The notes under the pieces were generated by a model that was given only the letters and a program-made list of their open reading frames with translations, was not told where the DNA came from and made no database searches. Below are positions 1 through 8,905 of a stretch of 64,000 nt of DNA, piece after piece. Position 1 is the first letter of the stretch. The number at the start of each line of letters is the position of its first letter. The stretch is from an uncultured Gammaproteobacteria bacterium (GTDB taxonomy: Bacteria > Pseudomonadota > Gammaproteobacteria > Steroidobacterales > Steroidobacteraceae), in the NCBI GenBank assembly GCA_963748465.1, contig CAVVJB010000009.1, positions 224,713 through 288,712 on the forward strand, in the 5' to 3' direction. A program made the translations under genes and the position numbers.

Positions 1-107
1 GCGAGGGTCGCCGCGTCCGTGACGGGCGGTTCCGCCGCGGCCGCCGCGAATGCGGCGAAGCAGGCGAGGGCGGTGGCTGCGGTGCGGGAAAATCGGGTCC
101 TGTTCAT
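1..107 (-). CDS. 5' end of a gene for an exported protein, running off the left edge (signal peptide only)
   Basis: Reverse-strand ATG at 107..105 with AGGAG 7 nt upstream. Translates MNRTRFSRTAATALACFAAFAAAAAEPPVTDAATL, which is signal-peptide-like. Absent from the ORF track because there is no stop in the window. Confidence 0.4.
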   Translation of the reverse strand, partial: MNRTRFSRTAATALACFAAFAAAAAEPPVTDAATL

Positions 108-131
108 GGGTGTGCTCCTAAGCTTGCGCCA

Positions 132-2144
132 TCAGGCGGCGCCATCTGGTTCGAGATACGTGTAGCCGGCGAGTTCCGATTCGTAGAAGCGCTTGAGCGC
201 CTGCCCCTCGGCCACCGAGAGGCTGCCGTCGCGCATCGCGCGCTCGCAGTCGCGGGCGAAGCGCGGGTAGAGCTCGCCCGGATCGTACTGCATGTAGCCG
301 AGCACGGCGCGCGCGGTGTCGCCCTTGATGATCTCCTCGATCCACCAGCCGTGGGCGTCGTCGAGGCGGATGTGCACGACGTGCGTGTCGCCGAACAGGT
401 TGTGCAGGTCCCCGAGCGTCTCCTGGTAGGCTCCTACGAGGAATGCGCCGAGGTAGTACTCCTGGCCCGGGACGAGCTCGTGCACCTCGAGTGCGCGCTT
501 GGTCTCGCGCTGGGAGACGAAGCGGTCGATCTTGCCGTCCGAATCGCAGGTGATATCCGCGAGCACGGCGCTGCGCGTCGGGCGCTCGTCGAGCCGGTGC
601 AGCGGCATGATCGGGAACAGCTGGTCGATGGCCCAGCTGTCCGGCAGCGACTGGAACACCGACATGTTGCAGAAATAGATGTCGGACAGGATCGTCTCGA
701 GGTCCTCGAGTTCCTCCGGCACGCGGCCGAGCTTGCGCGTCGCGTCGCGCACCTTGGCGCAGGTGGCCCAGTAGAGGCGCTCGGCGAGGCTGCGCATCTC
801 TATCGTCAGGTAGCCGACGCTGAACATCTGGTGCGCCTGCTCGCGCGCCTGCTGCGCGTCGTGCCAGCACTCCACCAGGCGGCGCTCGCTGACGGTGGCG
901 TGGGCGTCGTAGAGGTCCTCGACCGGCTGCGGCAGGCTGCCGCCGCGCGGCCGCTCGGGCACGCTGAACAGGTCGAGCCGCGCCGCGCCGAGCACGTTGA
1001 ATAGCAGCACGCTGTGGTGGGCCGCGATCGCGCGCCCGGACTCGCTCAGGATCACCGGGTGCGGCAGGCCGCGCGCGTTGCAGACGCTGGCCACGCGATA
1101 GACGACGTCGTTGGCGTATTCGCGCAGCGAGTAGTTCGTGGACGACTCGAAGTTCGTGCGCGAGCCGTCGTAGTCGATGCCGAGGCCGCCGCCGACGTCG
1201 ATGTACTCGAGGCCCGCGCCGAGGCGCGCGAGCTCGGCGTACACCATCGCGAGCTCGTTGACCGCATCCTTGACCCGGCGGATGTCGTGCAGCTGCGAGC
1301 CCGGGTGGCAGTGCACCAGCTTCAGGCAGTCGAGCATGCCGTGCGAGCGCAGCACCTCGACCACCTCGAGCATCTCGGTCGTGAACAGGCCGAACTTCGA
1401 GCGGTCGCCCGCGGATTCACGCCACCTCCCGGCGCCCTCGGCCGCGAGCTTCACGCGCACGCCGATCTGGGGCCGCACCTGGTACTTCTCGGCGTGGCGC
1501 AGGATGTATCCGAGCTCGGAGAAGTTCTCGATCACCGGGATGATCGATCGCCCGAGCTTCGTCGCGAGGATCACGGCCTCGATGTAGCTGTCGTCCTTGA
1601 AGCCGTTGCAGATGATGAGCCGCTCCGGCGCGTCGCCGGTCATCGCCATCACCGCGAGGAGCTCGGGCTTGCTGCCCGCCTCGAGCCCGAAGCCGAGGTC
1701 CGCGCTGCCCCGGTAGACCTCCTCGACGACGAGCCGCTGCTGGTTGACCTTGATCGGGAACACGGCCGCGTAGCGGTTCTTGTAATCGTTCTCGGCGATG
1801 GCCGAAGCGAAGGCGTCGTGCAGCGCGCGCAGCCGGTCGCGCAGGATGTCCGAGAACCGCAGCACCATCGGTGCAGTCAGGTCCCGCGCCTCGAGCTCGC
1901 GCACCACCTCGTACAGGTCGATCTCGCGCGCGCTGTCGCGGCCGGGCCTGCACACGACGTGGCCGGCGGCGTTGATGCCGAAGTACCCGCTGCCCCAGGA
2001 GCCGGTGGAGTAGATCTGCTCCGAGTCGTCGACGCTCCACGGCGTCCGTGGAGCGACCTGCCCGCGCGTCACGCTGTCCAAATCGCGGTCCCGTTCGCTG
2101 CCAGAGGGCGCGGACGATAACAGATCACGCCATGCCCCGCGCAA
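132..2144 (-). CDS. speA: biosynthetic arginine decarboxylase
   Basis: 670-aa ORF. The N-terminus (WSVDDSEQIYSTGSWGSGYFGINAAGHVVCRP) and full-length PLP-decarboxylase layout are typical of SpeA. Start is uncertain; an alternative GTG lies at 2072. Confidence 0.9.
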   Translation of the reverse strand: MRGAWRDLLSSAPSGSERDRDLDSVTRGQVAPRTPWSVDDSEQIYSTGSWGSGYFGINAAGHVVCRPGRDSAREIDLYEVVRELEARDLTAPMVLRFSDILRDRLRALHDAFASAIAENDYKNRYAAVFPIKVNQQRLVVEEVYRGSADLGFGLEAGSKPELLAVMAMTGDAPERLIICNGFKDDSYIEAVILATKLGRSIIPVIENFSELGYILRHAEKYQVRPQIGVRVKLAAEGAGRWRESAGDRSKFGLFTTEMLEVVEVLRSHGMLDCLKLVHCHPGSQLHDIRRVKDAVNELAMVYAELARLGAGLEYIDVGGGLGIDYDGSRTNFESSTNYSLREYANDVVYRVASVCNARGLPHPVILSESGRAIAAHHSVLLFNVLGAARLDLFSVPERPRGGSLPQPVEDLYDAHATVSERRLVECWHDAQQAREQAHQMFSVGYLTIEMRSLAERLYWATCAKVRDATRKLGRVPEELEDLETILSDIYFCNMSVFQSLPDSWAIDQLFPIMPLHRLDERPTRSAVLADITCDSDGKIDRFVSQRETKRALEVHELVPGQEYYLGAFLVGAYQETLGDLHNLFGDTHVVHIRLDDAHGWWIEEIIKGDTARAVLGYMQYDPGELYPRFARDCERAMRDGSLSVAEGQALKRFYESELAGYTYLEPDGAA

Positions 2145-2991
2145 CGGGCCGGGCCGGGTCGCGGATCCACTCGCTCCAGGACCCGGCGTAGAGCCGGCCG
2201 CCGTGGATGCCGGCCGCCTCGAGCGCGAGCAGGCCCTGGCAGGCGGTCACGCCGGAACCGCACATGCAGACCGGCGCGCGGCCCGCGCCCACCCCGGTGC
2301 GCGAGCGCCACAGGGTCGCAAGCTCCGACGGCGCGCGGAAGCGGCCATTCGCCGCGATGTTTTCAAGATAGGGCAGGTTGACGGCGCCGGGCACGTGGCC
2401 CGCGACCGCGTCGAGCGGCTCCGACTGGCCGGCGAAACGCTCCGCGCCGCGGAGGTCCACGAGCGTCTCGCCCTCGGCGAGCGCCCGCATGACGCCCTCC
2501 GTGTCGAGGACCATGCCGGGCCGTGGCCGCGGCACGAACGTCGCGGCCAGCGCCGGCGGAGGATCGGTCGAGATCGGCCGGCCTTCGGCGACCCAGGCGG
2601 CGAAACCGCCGTCGAGCACGGCGACCGCATCGTGGCCCGCCCAGCGCAGCATCCACCAGAGACGCGCGGCGAACGCGCCGGACCCCGCGTCATAACAGAC
2701 GACCCGGGTGTCGTTGCCGATGCCGAGGCGCCCGAGCGTCGCGGCGAATGCCGCGTGCGACGGCAGCGGATGACGGCCCGATGACGGCGTGACCGGCACC
2801 GAGAGGTCGCGCTCGAGGTCGGCGTGCACGCTGCCCGGGATGTGCCCGGCTCGGAACGCGGCGATCCCCGCGTCGGGCTTGCCGAGCTCGAAGCGGCAAT
2901 CCACGATCCGCCAGCCGGGCTCCGAAATCCCGGCCGCGAGTTCGTCCGTCGATATGAGGGGTGTTCGCAACCTTTTTTCCGCCCGCTGCAT
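2125..2991 (-). CDS. sseA: 3-mercaptopyruvate/thiosulfate sulfurtransferase (tandem rhodanese)
   Basis: ORF 2125..3033 has two rhodanese domains and the active-site context CMCGSGVTAC. Start chosen at MQRAEKRL and is uncertain. Confidence 0.8.
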   Translation of the reverse strand: MQRAEKRLRTPLISTDELAAGISEPGWRIVDCRFELGKPDAGIAAFRAGHIPGSVHADLERDLSVPVTPSSGRHPLPSHAAFAATLGRLGIGNDTRVVCYDAGSGAFAARLWWMLRWAGHDAVAVLDGGFAAWVAEGRPISTDPPPALAATFVPRPRPGMVLDTEGVMRALAEGETLVDLRGAERFAGQSEPLDAVAGHVPGAVNLPYLENIAANGRFRAPSELATLWRSRTGVGAGRAPVCMCGSGVTACQGLLALEAAGIHGGRLYAGSWSEWIRDPARPVARGMA

Positions 2992-3171
2992 CTTACTCGC
3001 CATGAAGGCGATGCAAGAGAAAGTGCCGGGCACCCCGGGGGGAACGCGGGAGCCGGATCCGAGCCTGCCGCTCGTGACGGGCGCCGAGCGTGAATTCTGG
3101 CGTCGCGCCGTCGCCGCGGAGCGCGCGCGCCAGCGCTGCGGTCGCCCGGCGCCGTTCCCGTTCCAGCCCGC

Positions 3172-3798
3172 TTAGCGTCGAGTCGGCAGCCGTCCGGCCG
3201 CGGCCAGCGCCACGAGCACGATCGTCGTGCCCGCGAGCGCGAGCGCCATGTCCTTCTGTCCGTCCCAGATGTCGCCTTGCGTCCCGAGGTAGGCCTGGCC
3301 GAGATCGCCGCCGAAGACCACCGCCGCCGCGAACTCGATCAGCTCGTACACCACGGCATGCCCGGCCATGAACATCCACGGGAACAGGAAATCCCACGGC
3401 CGTGCATAGCGGCCGTAGTGCGCGAACAGCTCGACCGCGGCCGGCGTGACCAGCAACCCGTACGCGAAGTGCACGATGCGGTCGTAGTGGTTGCGGCCTT
3501 CGAGCGGCGCGCCGCCGAGAGACTGCCACCACTCGTCGTACGGGACGAGCGAGTACGTGTAGTGCGCGCCGACCGAGTGCAACGCGAAAAAAACGAAGAG
3601 GCAGGTGTACGCGAGATCGGTGAAGCGCAGGCGCCTCGCCGTGAGCACGAACAGGGGGATCGCGACGAAGACGATCGCGTTCTCGAGCAGCCAGTCCTTG
3701 CGGAACACGGGCTCGACGGCGAGGGCGAGCCAGATGATGCCGTAGGCCGCGAGCAGGCCCAGGGGGTAGCGCCACGTCGATGTGGATTTGCGGTACAT
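3172..3798 (-). CDS. inner-membrane protein, YjdF/DUF2238-like
   Basis: 208 aa with multiple TM segments. The motif HSVGAHYTYSLVPYDEWW resembles the YjdF family. Confidence 0.65.
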   Translation of the reverse strand: MYRKSTSTWRYPLGLLAAYGIIWLALAVEPVFRKDWLLENAIVFVAIPLFVLTARRLRFTDLAYTCLFVFFALHSVGAHYTYSLVPYDEWWQSLGGAPLEGRNHYDRIVHFAYGLLVTPAAVELFAHYGRYARPWDFLFPWMFMAGHAVVYELIEFAAAVVFGGDLGQAYLGTQGDIWDGQKDMALALAGTTIVLVALAAAGRLPTRR

Positions 3799-3839
3799 TC
3801 GGCGCCCTTGGCAACCAAGATAACGGATTCGCGCACATC

Positions 3840-5261
3840 ATGAGCGAGCACACGATCCACACGCATTTTCCGGGCCGCCTGATCTTCATCGGTTTCGGCA
3901 GCATCGGCCAGGGCGTGCTGCCGCTGATCCTGCGGCACCTCGGGGGGCTCACGCCGGACCGCATCACGATCGTGACCGCCGACGACGCCGGCCGCGACGA
4001 GGCGACCAAGTACGGCATCAAGTTCCTCAACCATCCGCTCACGCGCGAGAATTACCGGCACGTGCTCGAGCCGCTCGTCGGCCGCGGCGATTTCGTCCTC
4101 AACCTGTCGGTGGACGTCTCCAGCGTCGCGCTCATCAAGCTCTGCCACGAGAAGGGCGCGCTCTACCTCGACACCTGCATCGAGCCTTGGCCGGGCGGCT
4201 ACACCGACCCGAACATCCCCGCGAGCCGGCGCACCAACTACGCGCTGCGCGAAGAGGTCCTCGAACTTCGCAAGGGCTGGAGCAACGGGCCGACCGCCGT
4301 CATCACGCATGGCGCGAATCCCGGCCTGGTTTCGCATTTCGTCAAGCAGGCGCTGCTCGACATCGCCGAGGACACGGGCCACGACGCCGGCGACCCGCAG
4401 GGGCGCGAAGCCTGGGCGGCGCTGGCCCGGGACCTCGGCATCAAGGTGATCCACATCGCCGAGCGCGATACCCAGGTCTCGAGCCGCCCGAAGATGCCGG
4501 GCGAATTCGTGAACACCTGGTCAGTGGACGGCTTCGTAAGCGAGGGCAGCCAGCCGGCCGAGCTCGGCTGGGGCACGCATGAGCGGCACTTCCCGCGCGA
4601 CGGGCGCCAGTACGACTTCGGGCGCAAGAACGCGATCTTCCTGGCGCAGCCCGGTTGCGCGACGCGCGTGCGCACGTGGACGCCGGAGGCGGGCCACTTC
4701 CACGCCTTCCTGATCACGCACGGAGAGTCGATCTCGATCTCCGATTTCCTGTCGGTGCGGCAGAACGACCGTGCGGTGTACCGGCCGACCGTGCACTACG
4801 CCTACCATCCGTCCGACAATGCCGTGCTCTCGGTGCACGAGTTCTGCGGCAAGAACTTCCAGCTGCAGGCGAAGAAGCGGATCATGATGGGCGACATCAC
4901 GAGCGGCATCGACGAGCTCGGCGTGCTGCTCACGGGGCACAAGAAGAACGCCTACTGGTTCGGCTCGCAGCTCTCGATCGACGAGGCGCGCCAGCTCGCG
5001 CCGTTCAACAGCGCGACTTCGCTGCAGGTCACCGTCGCGGCGCTGTCGGGGATGATCTGGGCGATCGAGAACCCGGCGGCGGGCATCGTCGAGCCGGACG
5101 AAATCGACTTCCGGCGCAACCTCGAGATCTGCCGGCCCTACCTCGGCCCCGTCGTCGGCAAATACACGGACTGGACGCCTCTGTTCGAGCGTGGCCGCCT
5201 GTTCCCCGAAGACCTCGACGAGAGCGATCCCTGGCAGTTCAAGAACATCCGGGTGATCTGA
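3840..5261 (+). CDS. hss: homospermidine synthase (saccharopine-dehydrogenase-like fold)
   Basis: 473 aa from the ATG at 3840. N-terminal Rossmann motif IFIGFGSIGQGVLPLILRH. Length and overall similarity fit bacterial HSS. Confidence 0.8.
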   Translation: MSEHTIHTHFPGRLIFIGFGSIGQGVLPLILRHLGGLTPDRITIVTADDAGRDEATKYGIKFLNHPLTRENYRHVLEPLVGRGDFVLNLSVDVSSVALIKLCHEKGALYLDTCIEPWPGGYTDPNIPASRRTNYALREEVLELRKGWSNGPTAVITHGANPGLVSHFVKQALLDIAEDTGHDAGDPQGREAWAALARDLGIKVIHIAERDTQVSSRPKMPGEFVNTWSVDGFVSEGSQPAELGWGTHERHFPRDGRQYDFGRKNAIFLAQPGCATRVRTWTPEAGHFHAFLITHGESISISDFLSVRQNDRAVYRPTVHYAYHPSDNAVLSVHEFCGKNFQLQAKKRIMMGDITSGIDELGVLLTGHKKNAYWFGSQLSIDEARQLAPFNSATSLQVTVAALSGMIWAIENPAAGIVEPDEIDFRRNLEICRPYLGPVVGKYTDWTPLFERGRLFPEDLDESDPWQFKNIRVI

Positions 5262-5732
5262 TCACTCGTATTCGATGGCGGTGACCCGGGCGCGCAGCAT
5301 CCCGCCCGGCAATTGCACCTCGAACTCGTCGCCGACGCGCTTGCCGAGCAGTGCGCGGCCGAGCGGCGCATCCATGCTGAGATAATCCGGCTCGCGGTCG
5401 AACTCGTCCGGCCCGACGATGCGGTGGCGCCGCGCGCGGCCCTCCGAGTCCGTGATCGTCACCCAGGCGCCGAAGAACGCACGGCTCCTGTCGGCCGGCG
5501 GCACCGCGACGACCTGCAGCCCGTCGAGCCGTTGGCGCAGGAAGCGCACCCGCCGGTCGATCTCGCGCAGCCGGCGCTTTCCATAAATGTATTCGGCGTT
5601 CTCGGAGCGGTCGCCCATTGCGGCGGCTTCCGACACCGCCTGGGTCACGGCGGGGCGTTCGACGAGCCACAGCTGGTCGAGTTCCGCACGTAGCCTTCGG
5701 GCGCCTTCGGGCGTCGCGTACTTCGATCCCAT
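5262..5732 (-). CDS. greB: transcription elongation factor GreB
   Basis: 156 aa from MGSKYATPEGARRLRAELDQLW. Contains the acidic finger region DRSENAEYIYGKRRLREIDRRVRFL, colinear with E. coli GreB. Confidence 0.9.
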   Translation of the reverse strand: MGSKYATPEGARRLRAELDQLWLVERPAVTQAVSEAAAMGDRSENAEYIYGKRRLREIDRRVRFLRQRLDGLQVVAVPPADRSRAFFGAWVTITDSEGRARRHRIVGPDEFDREPDYLSMDAPLGRALLGKRVGDEFEVQLPGGMLRARVTAIEYE

Positions 5733-5799
5733 GCGAGGCCGTTCTGCAACCATTTGATTCTCAATGCGTTTCCAATTAGACAGAATGCCCTCTCCAAAC

Positions 5800-5954
5800 T
5801 GTGGCGCGGTTCACGTCCTGACGGCAAGCCGCCGTCTAGGCTGGAGGCCGTTATTTCTGCCTACGTCAGTATCCCCCGTATCCCCTAGCGGACTTCCTTC
5901 CCTTCACCGAAAGTCCGCACTTCAGCCCCGGGCCAAAACCCGGGGCTTTTTTTT
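5800..5954 (+). ncRNA. candidate small RNA or leader transcript ending in an intrinsic terminator; 5' end unknown
   Basis: Lies in a divergent intergenic region (greB start 5732, methyltransferase start 6013). Contains stacked hairpins at about 5815-5840 and 5889-5919 and a strong terminator. No convincing ORF. Confidence 0.3.
5925..5954 (+). terminator. Rho-independent terminator
   Basis: 8-bp all-G/C stem GCCCCGGG/CCCGGGGC (5925-32 paired with 5939-46), 6-nt loop, then T8 (5947-5954). Confidence 0.75.
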
Positions 5955-5975
5955 GGCGGTGCCGTTGGCGGTGCG

Positions 5976-6018
5976 GCACATATCGCACTTATTGCGATTC
6001 AATAAGTGCGATATGTGC
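5976..6018. promoter_or_regulatory. perfect 18-bp inverted repeat with 7-nt spacer, overlapping the methyltransferase start codon
   Basis: GCACATATCGCACTTATT (5976-5993), spacer gcgattc, AATAAGTGCGATATGTGC (6001-6018). The arms are exact reverse complements and AT-rich for this genome. The ATG at 6013 lies in the right arm. Confidence 0.5.
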
Positions 6019-6762
6019 GACCCGGCACCCTTCAAGGACCATTTCTCGCGCCAGTCGGAGGCCTACCGGCGATTCCGGCCCGGGTATCCCGCGGAGCTGT
6101 TCGAATGGCTCGCGTCCGTTGCCCCGGCGCCAGGGCTCGCGCTCGACGTCGCGAGCGGCAGCGGCCAGGCGGCGATCGCCCTCGCAGGACATTTCGATAG
6201 GGTCGTCGCGACCGAGCCTTCCGCGGCGCAGCTCGCCCAGGCGCCCGCGCATCCGCGGGTCGAGTACCGCCCCGAGGCCGCCGAATCGATTTCCGTCGCC
6301 GCCGGCAGCGTGGACCTGCTGGTCGCGGCGCAGGCGGCGCACTGGTTCGACTGGGCGGCATTCGTCCGCGAAGCAATGCGCGTGCTGCGGCCGGGCGGCG
6401 TGCTCGCCTTCTGGACCTATGGCAACTGCCACGTCACGCCCGCGATCGACCGGCTGGTCGCGGATTTCTCGCGGGACGTGGTCGGGCCGTACTGGCCGCG
6501 CGAACGCCGGCACGTGGACGAAGGTTATCGGCACCTTATCGTGCCGCTCCCGTCGCTCGATCCGCCTGCGTTCGAGATGAGCACGGAATGGGACGCGCCG
6601 GCGATGCTCGGATACCTCGACACCTGGTCGGCGGTGCGCCGCTGCCGGGCACGCACCGGGCGCGATCCGCTGGCGCTGCTCGCGGCCCCGCTGGCACACG
6701 CCTGGGGCGCGGGGCGGCGGCGCGTGCGCTGGCCGCTGGTCGTGCGGGCTCATCGCAGATGA
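6013..6762 (+). CDS. class I SAM-dependent methyltransferase
   Basis: 249 aa from MCDPAPFKDHFSRQSEAYRRFRPGYP. Motif I LDVASGSGQAAIAL. An in-frame TTG at 5992 is an alternative start. Confidence 0.75.
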   Translation: MCDPAPFKDHFSRQSEAYRRFRPGYPAELFEWLASVAPAPGLALDVASGSGQAAIALAGHFDRVVATEPSAAQLAQAPAHPRVEYRPEAAESISVAAGSVDLLVAAQAAHWFDWAAFVREAMRVLRPGGVLAFWTYGNCHVTPAIDRLVADFSRDVVGPYWPRERRHVDEGYRHLIVPLPSLDPPAFEMSTEWDAPAMLGYLDTWSAVRRCRARTGRDPLALLAAPLAHAWGAGRRRVRWPLVVRAHRR

Positions 6763-6842
6763 GCCACGACTGGTCGCGGCGTGGAGCCTGCCCGCCGCAG
6801 CCCTGGCTTATAATCCGCGCCCTCCCAGACTGGAGATCCGGC

Positions 6843-8873
6843 ATGTCCCTTCGCATCCTTACGCCCGCCGTACTGTGCCTGGCAGCGAGCGCCGCGGCAC
6901 TCGCCGACAACGTGGCCGGACAGCCGCTCGCGACCGGCATCGACGCAACCGCGATGGACAAGGCCGTGCGGCCCCAGGACGACCTGTTCCGCTACGTGAA
7001 CGGCACCTGGCTCGCCAATACGCCGTTCCCCGCGGAGTACGCGAGCGCCGGCATCGGCATCATGCTGTTCGAGAAGGCGCAGGCGGACGTGCAGGCGATA
7101 CTGCTCGAGGCCGCGGCCGCGGGCGACAAGGCCACGCCGGAAATGCGGCGACTCGGCGCCATGTACGCGAGCTTCATGGACGAGGCGAAGGTCGAGGCGC
7201 GCGGGATCGAGGCGTTGAAGCCGCTGTTCGCGGAAATTGCCGCGATCGACGGACCATCCGCGCTCGCGACGTGGTTCGGCCGCGCACAGGGCCGCTCGAT
7301 CAGCACGCCGCTCGGCGTGTACGTCTACCCCGACGGGCGCAACTCGACGCACAACGTCGCGTACGTGGACCAGGACGGGCTCGGCCTGCCGAATCGCGAC
7401 TATTACCTCAAGACCGAGGACACGTACGTCGAATTCCGCCGCAAGTACGTCGAGTACCTGGCGAAGCTGCTTACGCTCGCCGGCGAGCCGGACGGCCCCG
7501 CGCGCGCCGCGAAGATCCTCGAGCTCGAGACTAGGATCGCGACCGACCAGTGGACGCCGGTCGAGAACCGCGACCCGATCAAGACCTACAACAAGAACAG
7601 CCTCGACTCGGCCGCGGCGCTCGCGCCCGGCTTCGACTGGAAAGCATGGCACGCGTCGACCGGCCTGCCTGCCGGCGACTTCGTGATCCGCCAGCCGAGT
7701 TACGTGACGGCACTCGGCAAGCACCTCGGCGACGCGGACCTCGCGACCTGGAAGGATTACCTGAAGGTGCGCACGATCGGCGCCTACGCGCGCGTGCTGC
7801 CCGCCGCATTCGTCGAGGCCTCGTTCGACTTCAACTCGCGCACGCTGCGCGGCACGGAGACGCTGAGGCCGCGCTGGAAGCGCGCGGTGCAGGAGACCGA
7901 CAACGCGATGGGCGAGGCGATCGGCGCCGCGTATGTCGCGCGTCACTTCCCGCCCGAGGCGAAGGCGCGCATGGTCACGCTGGTCGACAACCTGCTCGCC
8001 GAGTTCGACCGTGGGATCGACCGGCTCGAGTGGATGAGCCCGGCGACCAAGGCCGAGGCGCACGCGAAGCTGAAGAAGATCAACGTCAAGATCGCCTATC
8101 CCGACAAGTGGCGCGACTACGACGGACTCGATATCCGCGCCGACGACCTGGCCGGCAACGTGATGCGCGCCAGCCAGTTCGAATGGAACTGGCAGGCCGC
8201 GCGCGCCGGCAAGCCGAAGGACCCGACCGAGTGGTTCATGACGCCGCAGACGGTGAACGCCTATTACCTGCCGACGAACAACGAGATCGTGTTCCCGGCC
8301 GCATTCCTGCAGCCCCCGTACTTCAACATGCAGGCTGACGATGCCGCGAACTACGGCGCGATCGGCTCGGTGATCGGCCACGAGATCAGCCACGGCTTCG
8401 ACGACAAGGGCCGCCAGTACGACGGCGACGGCAACCTGCGCGACTGGTGGACGGCCGAGGACAACGAGAAGTTCAAGGCCAAGGCTGCCGGGCTCATCAG
8501 GCAGTACTCGGCCTTCGAAGCGCTGCCGGGCCTCAACGTGAACGGCGAGCTGACGCTCGGCGAGAACATCGGAGACCTGTCGGGCGCGGCCGTTGCCTAT
8601 GGCGCGTACATTCATTCGCTGGGCGGCGCACGGGCGCCGGTCATCGACGGCACCACGGGACCGCAGCGCTTCTTCCTCGGCTACGCGCAGGCCTGGCGCA
8701 CCAAGTGGCGCGAGGGGCTGATGCGCGAGGTCGTGCTGACGGATCCGCACGCGCCAAGCGAGTTCCGCGCCAACGGCGTGGTCGCCAACATGGATGAGTT
8801 CTACGCGGCGTTCGGCGTCAAGCAAGGCGACAAGCTGTGGCGCCCGGCGGCGGAGCGCGTGAAGATCTGGTGA
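6843..8873 (+). CDS. M13-family zinc metallopeptidase (PepO/endothelin-converting-enzyme-like), exported
   Basis: Signal peptide MSLRILTPAVLCLAASAAALA. HEISHGFDD zinc motif and a downstream GENIGDLSG (ExxxD) motif. Confidence 0.9.
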   Translation: MSLRILTPAVLCLAASAAALADNVAGQPLATGIDATAMDKAVRPQDDLFRYVNGTWLANTPFPAEYASAGIGIMLFEKAQADVQAILLEAAAAGDKATPEMRRLGAMYASFMDEAKVEARGIEALKPLFAEIAAIDGPSALATWFGRAQGRSISTPLGVYVYPDGRNSTHNVAYVDQDGLGLPNRDYYLKTEDTYVEFRRKYVEYLAKLLTLAGEPDGPARAAKILELETRIATDQWTPVENRDPIKTYNKNSLDSAAALAPGFDWKAWHASTGLPAGDFVIRQPSYVTALGKHLGDADLATWKDYLKVRTIGAYARVLPAAFVEASFDFNSRTLRGTETLRPRWKRAVQETDNAMGEAIGAAYVARHFPPEAKARMVTLVDNLLAEFDRGIDRLEWMSPATKAEAHAKLKKINVKIAYPDKWRDYDGLDIRADDLAGNVMRASQFEWNWQAARAGKPKDPTEWFMTPQTVNAYYLPTNNEIVFPAAFLQPPYFNMQADDAANYGAIGSVIGHEISHGFDDKGRQYDGDGNLRDWWTAEDNEKFKAKAAGLIRQYSAFEALPGLNVNGELTLGENIGDLSGAAVAYGAYIHSLGGARAPVIDGTTGPQRFFLGYAQAWRTKWREGLMREVVLTDPHAPSEFRANGVVANMDEFYAAFGVKQGDKLWRPAAERVKIW

Positions 8874-8905
8874 TCGCGGGCCGGGCCGGGGATAATGCGC
8901 GGGCC

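Noticed and set aside
5815-5840. Reverse-strand resemblance (..CCGUCAGGAC..) to the guanidine-III riboswitch core
   Set aside because: Only a short partial match from memory. The pseudoknot partners are not present, and the downstream gene on that strand (greB) has no link to guanidine metabolism.
5889-5919. GGAAGGAAG on the reverse strand resembling the SRP (4.5S) RNA domain IV motif
   Set aside because: The surrounding hairpin does not reproduce the SRP symmetric/asymmetric loop and GGAA tetraloop arrangement, and the size and context are wrong.
6750-8825. Very long antisense or off-frame ORFs opposite real genes (also 3339-4454, 19220-20647, 24098-25951, 26195-28687, 35251-36768, 52141-53766, 57566-59299 and many others in the track)
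   Set aside because: Their Arg/Ala/Gly/Pro-dominated composition without recognisable domains is the usual consequence of stop-codon scarcity at this GC content. Each overlaps a strongly supported gene on the other strand or frame.
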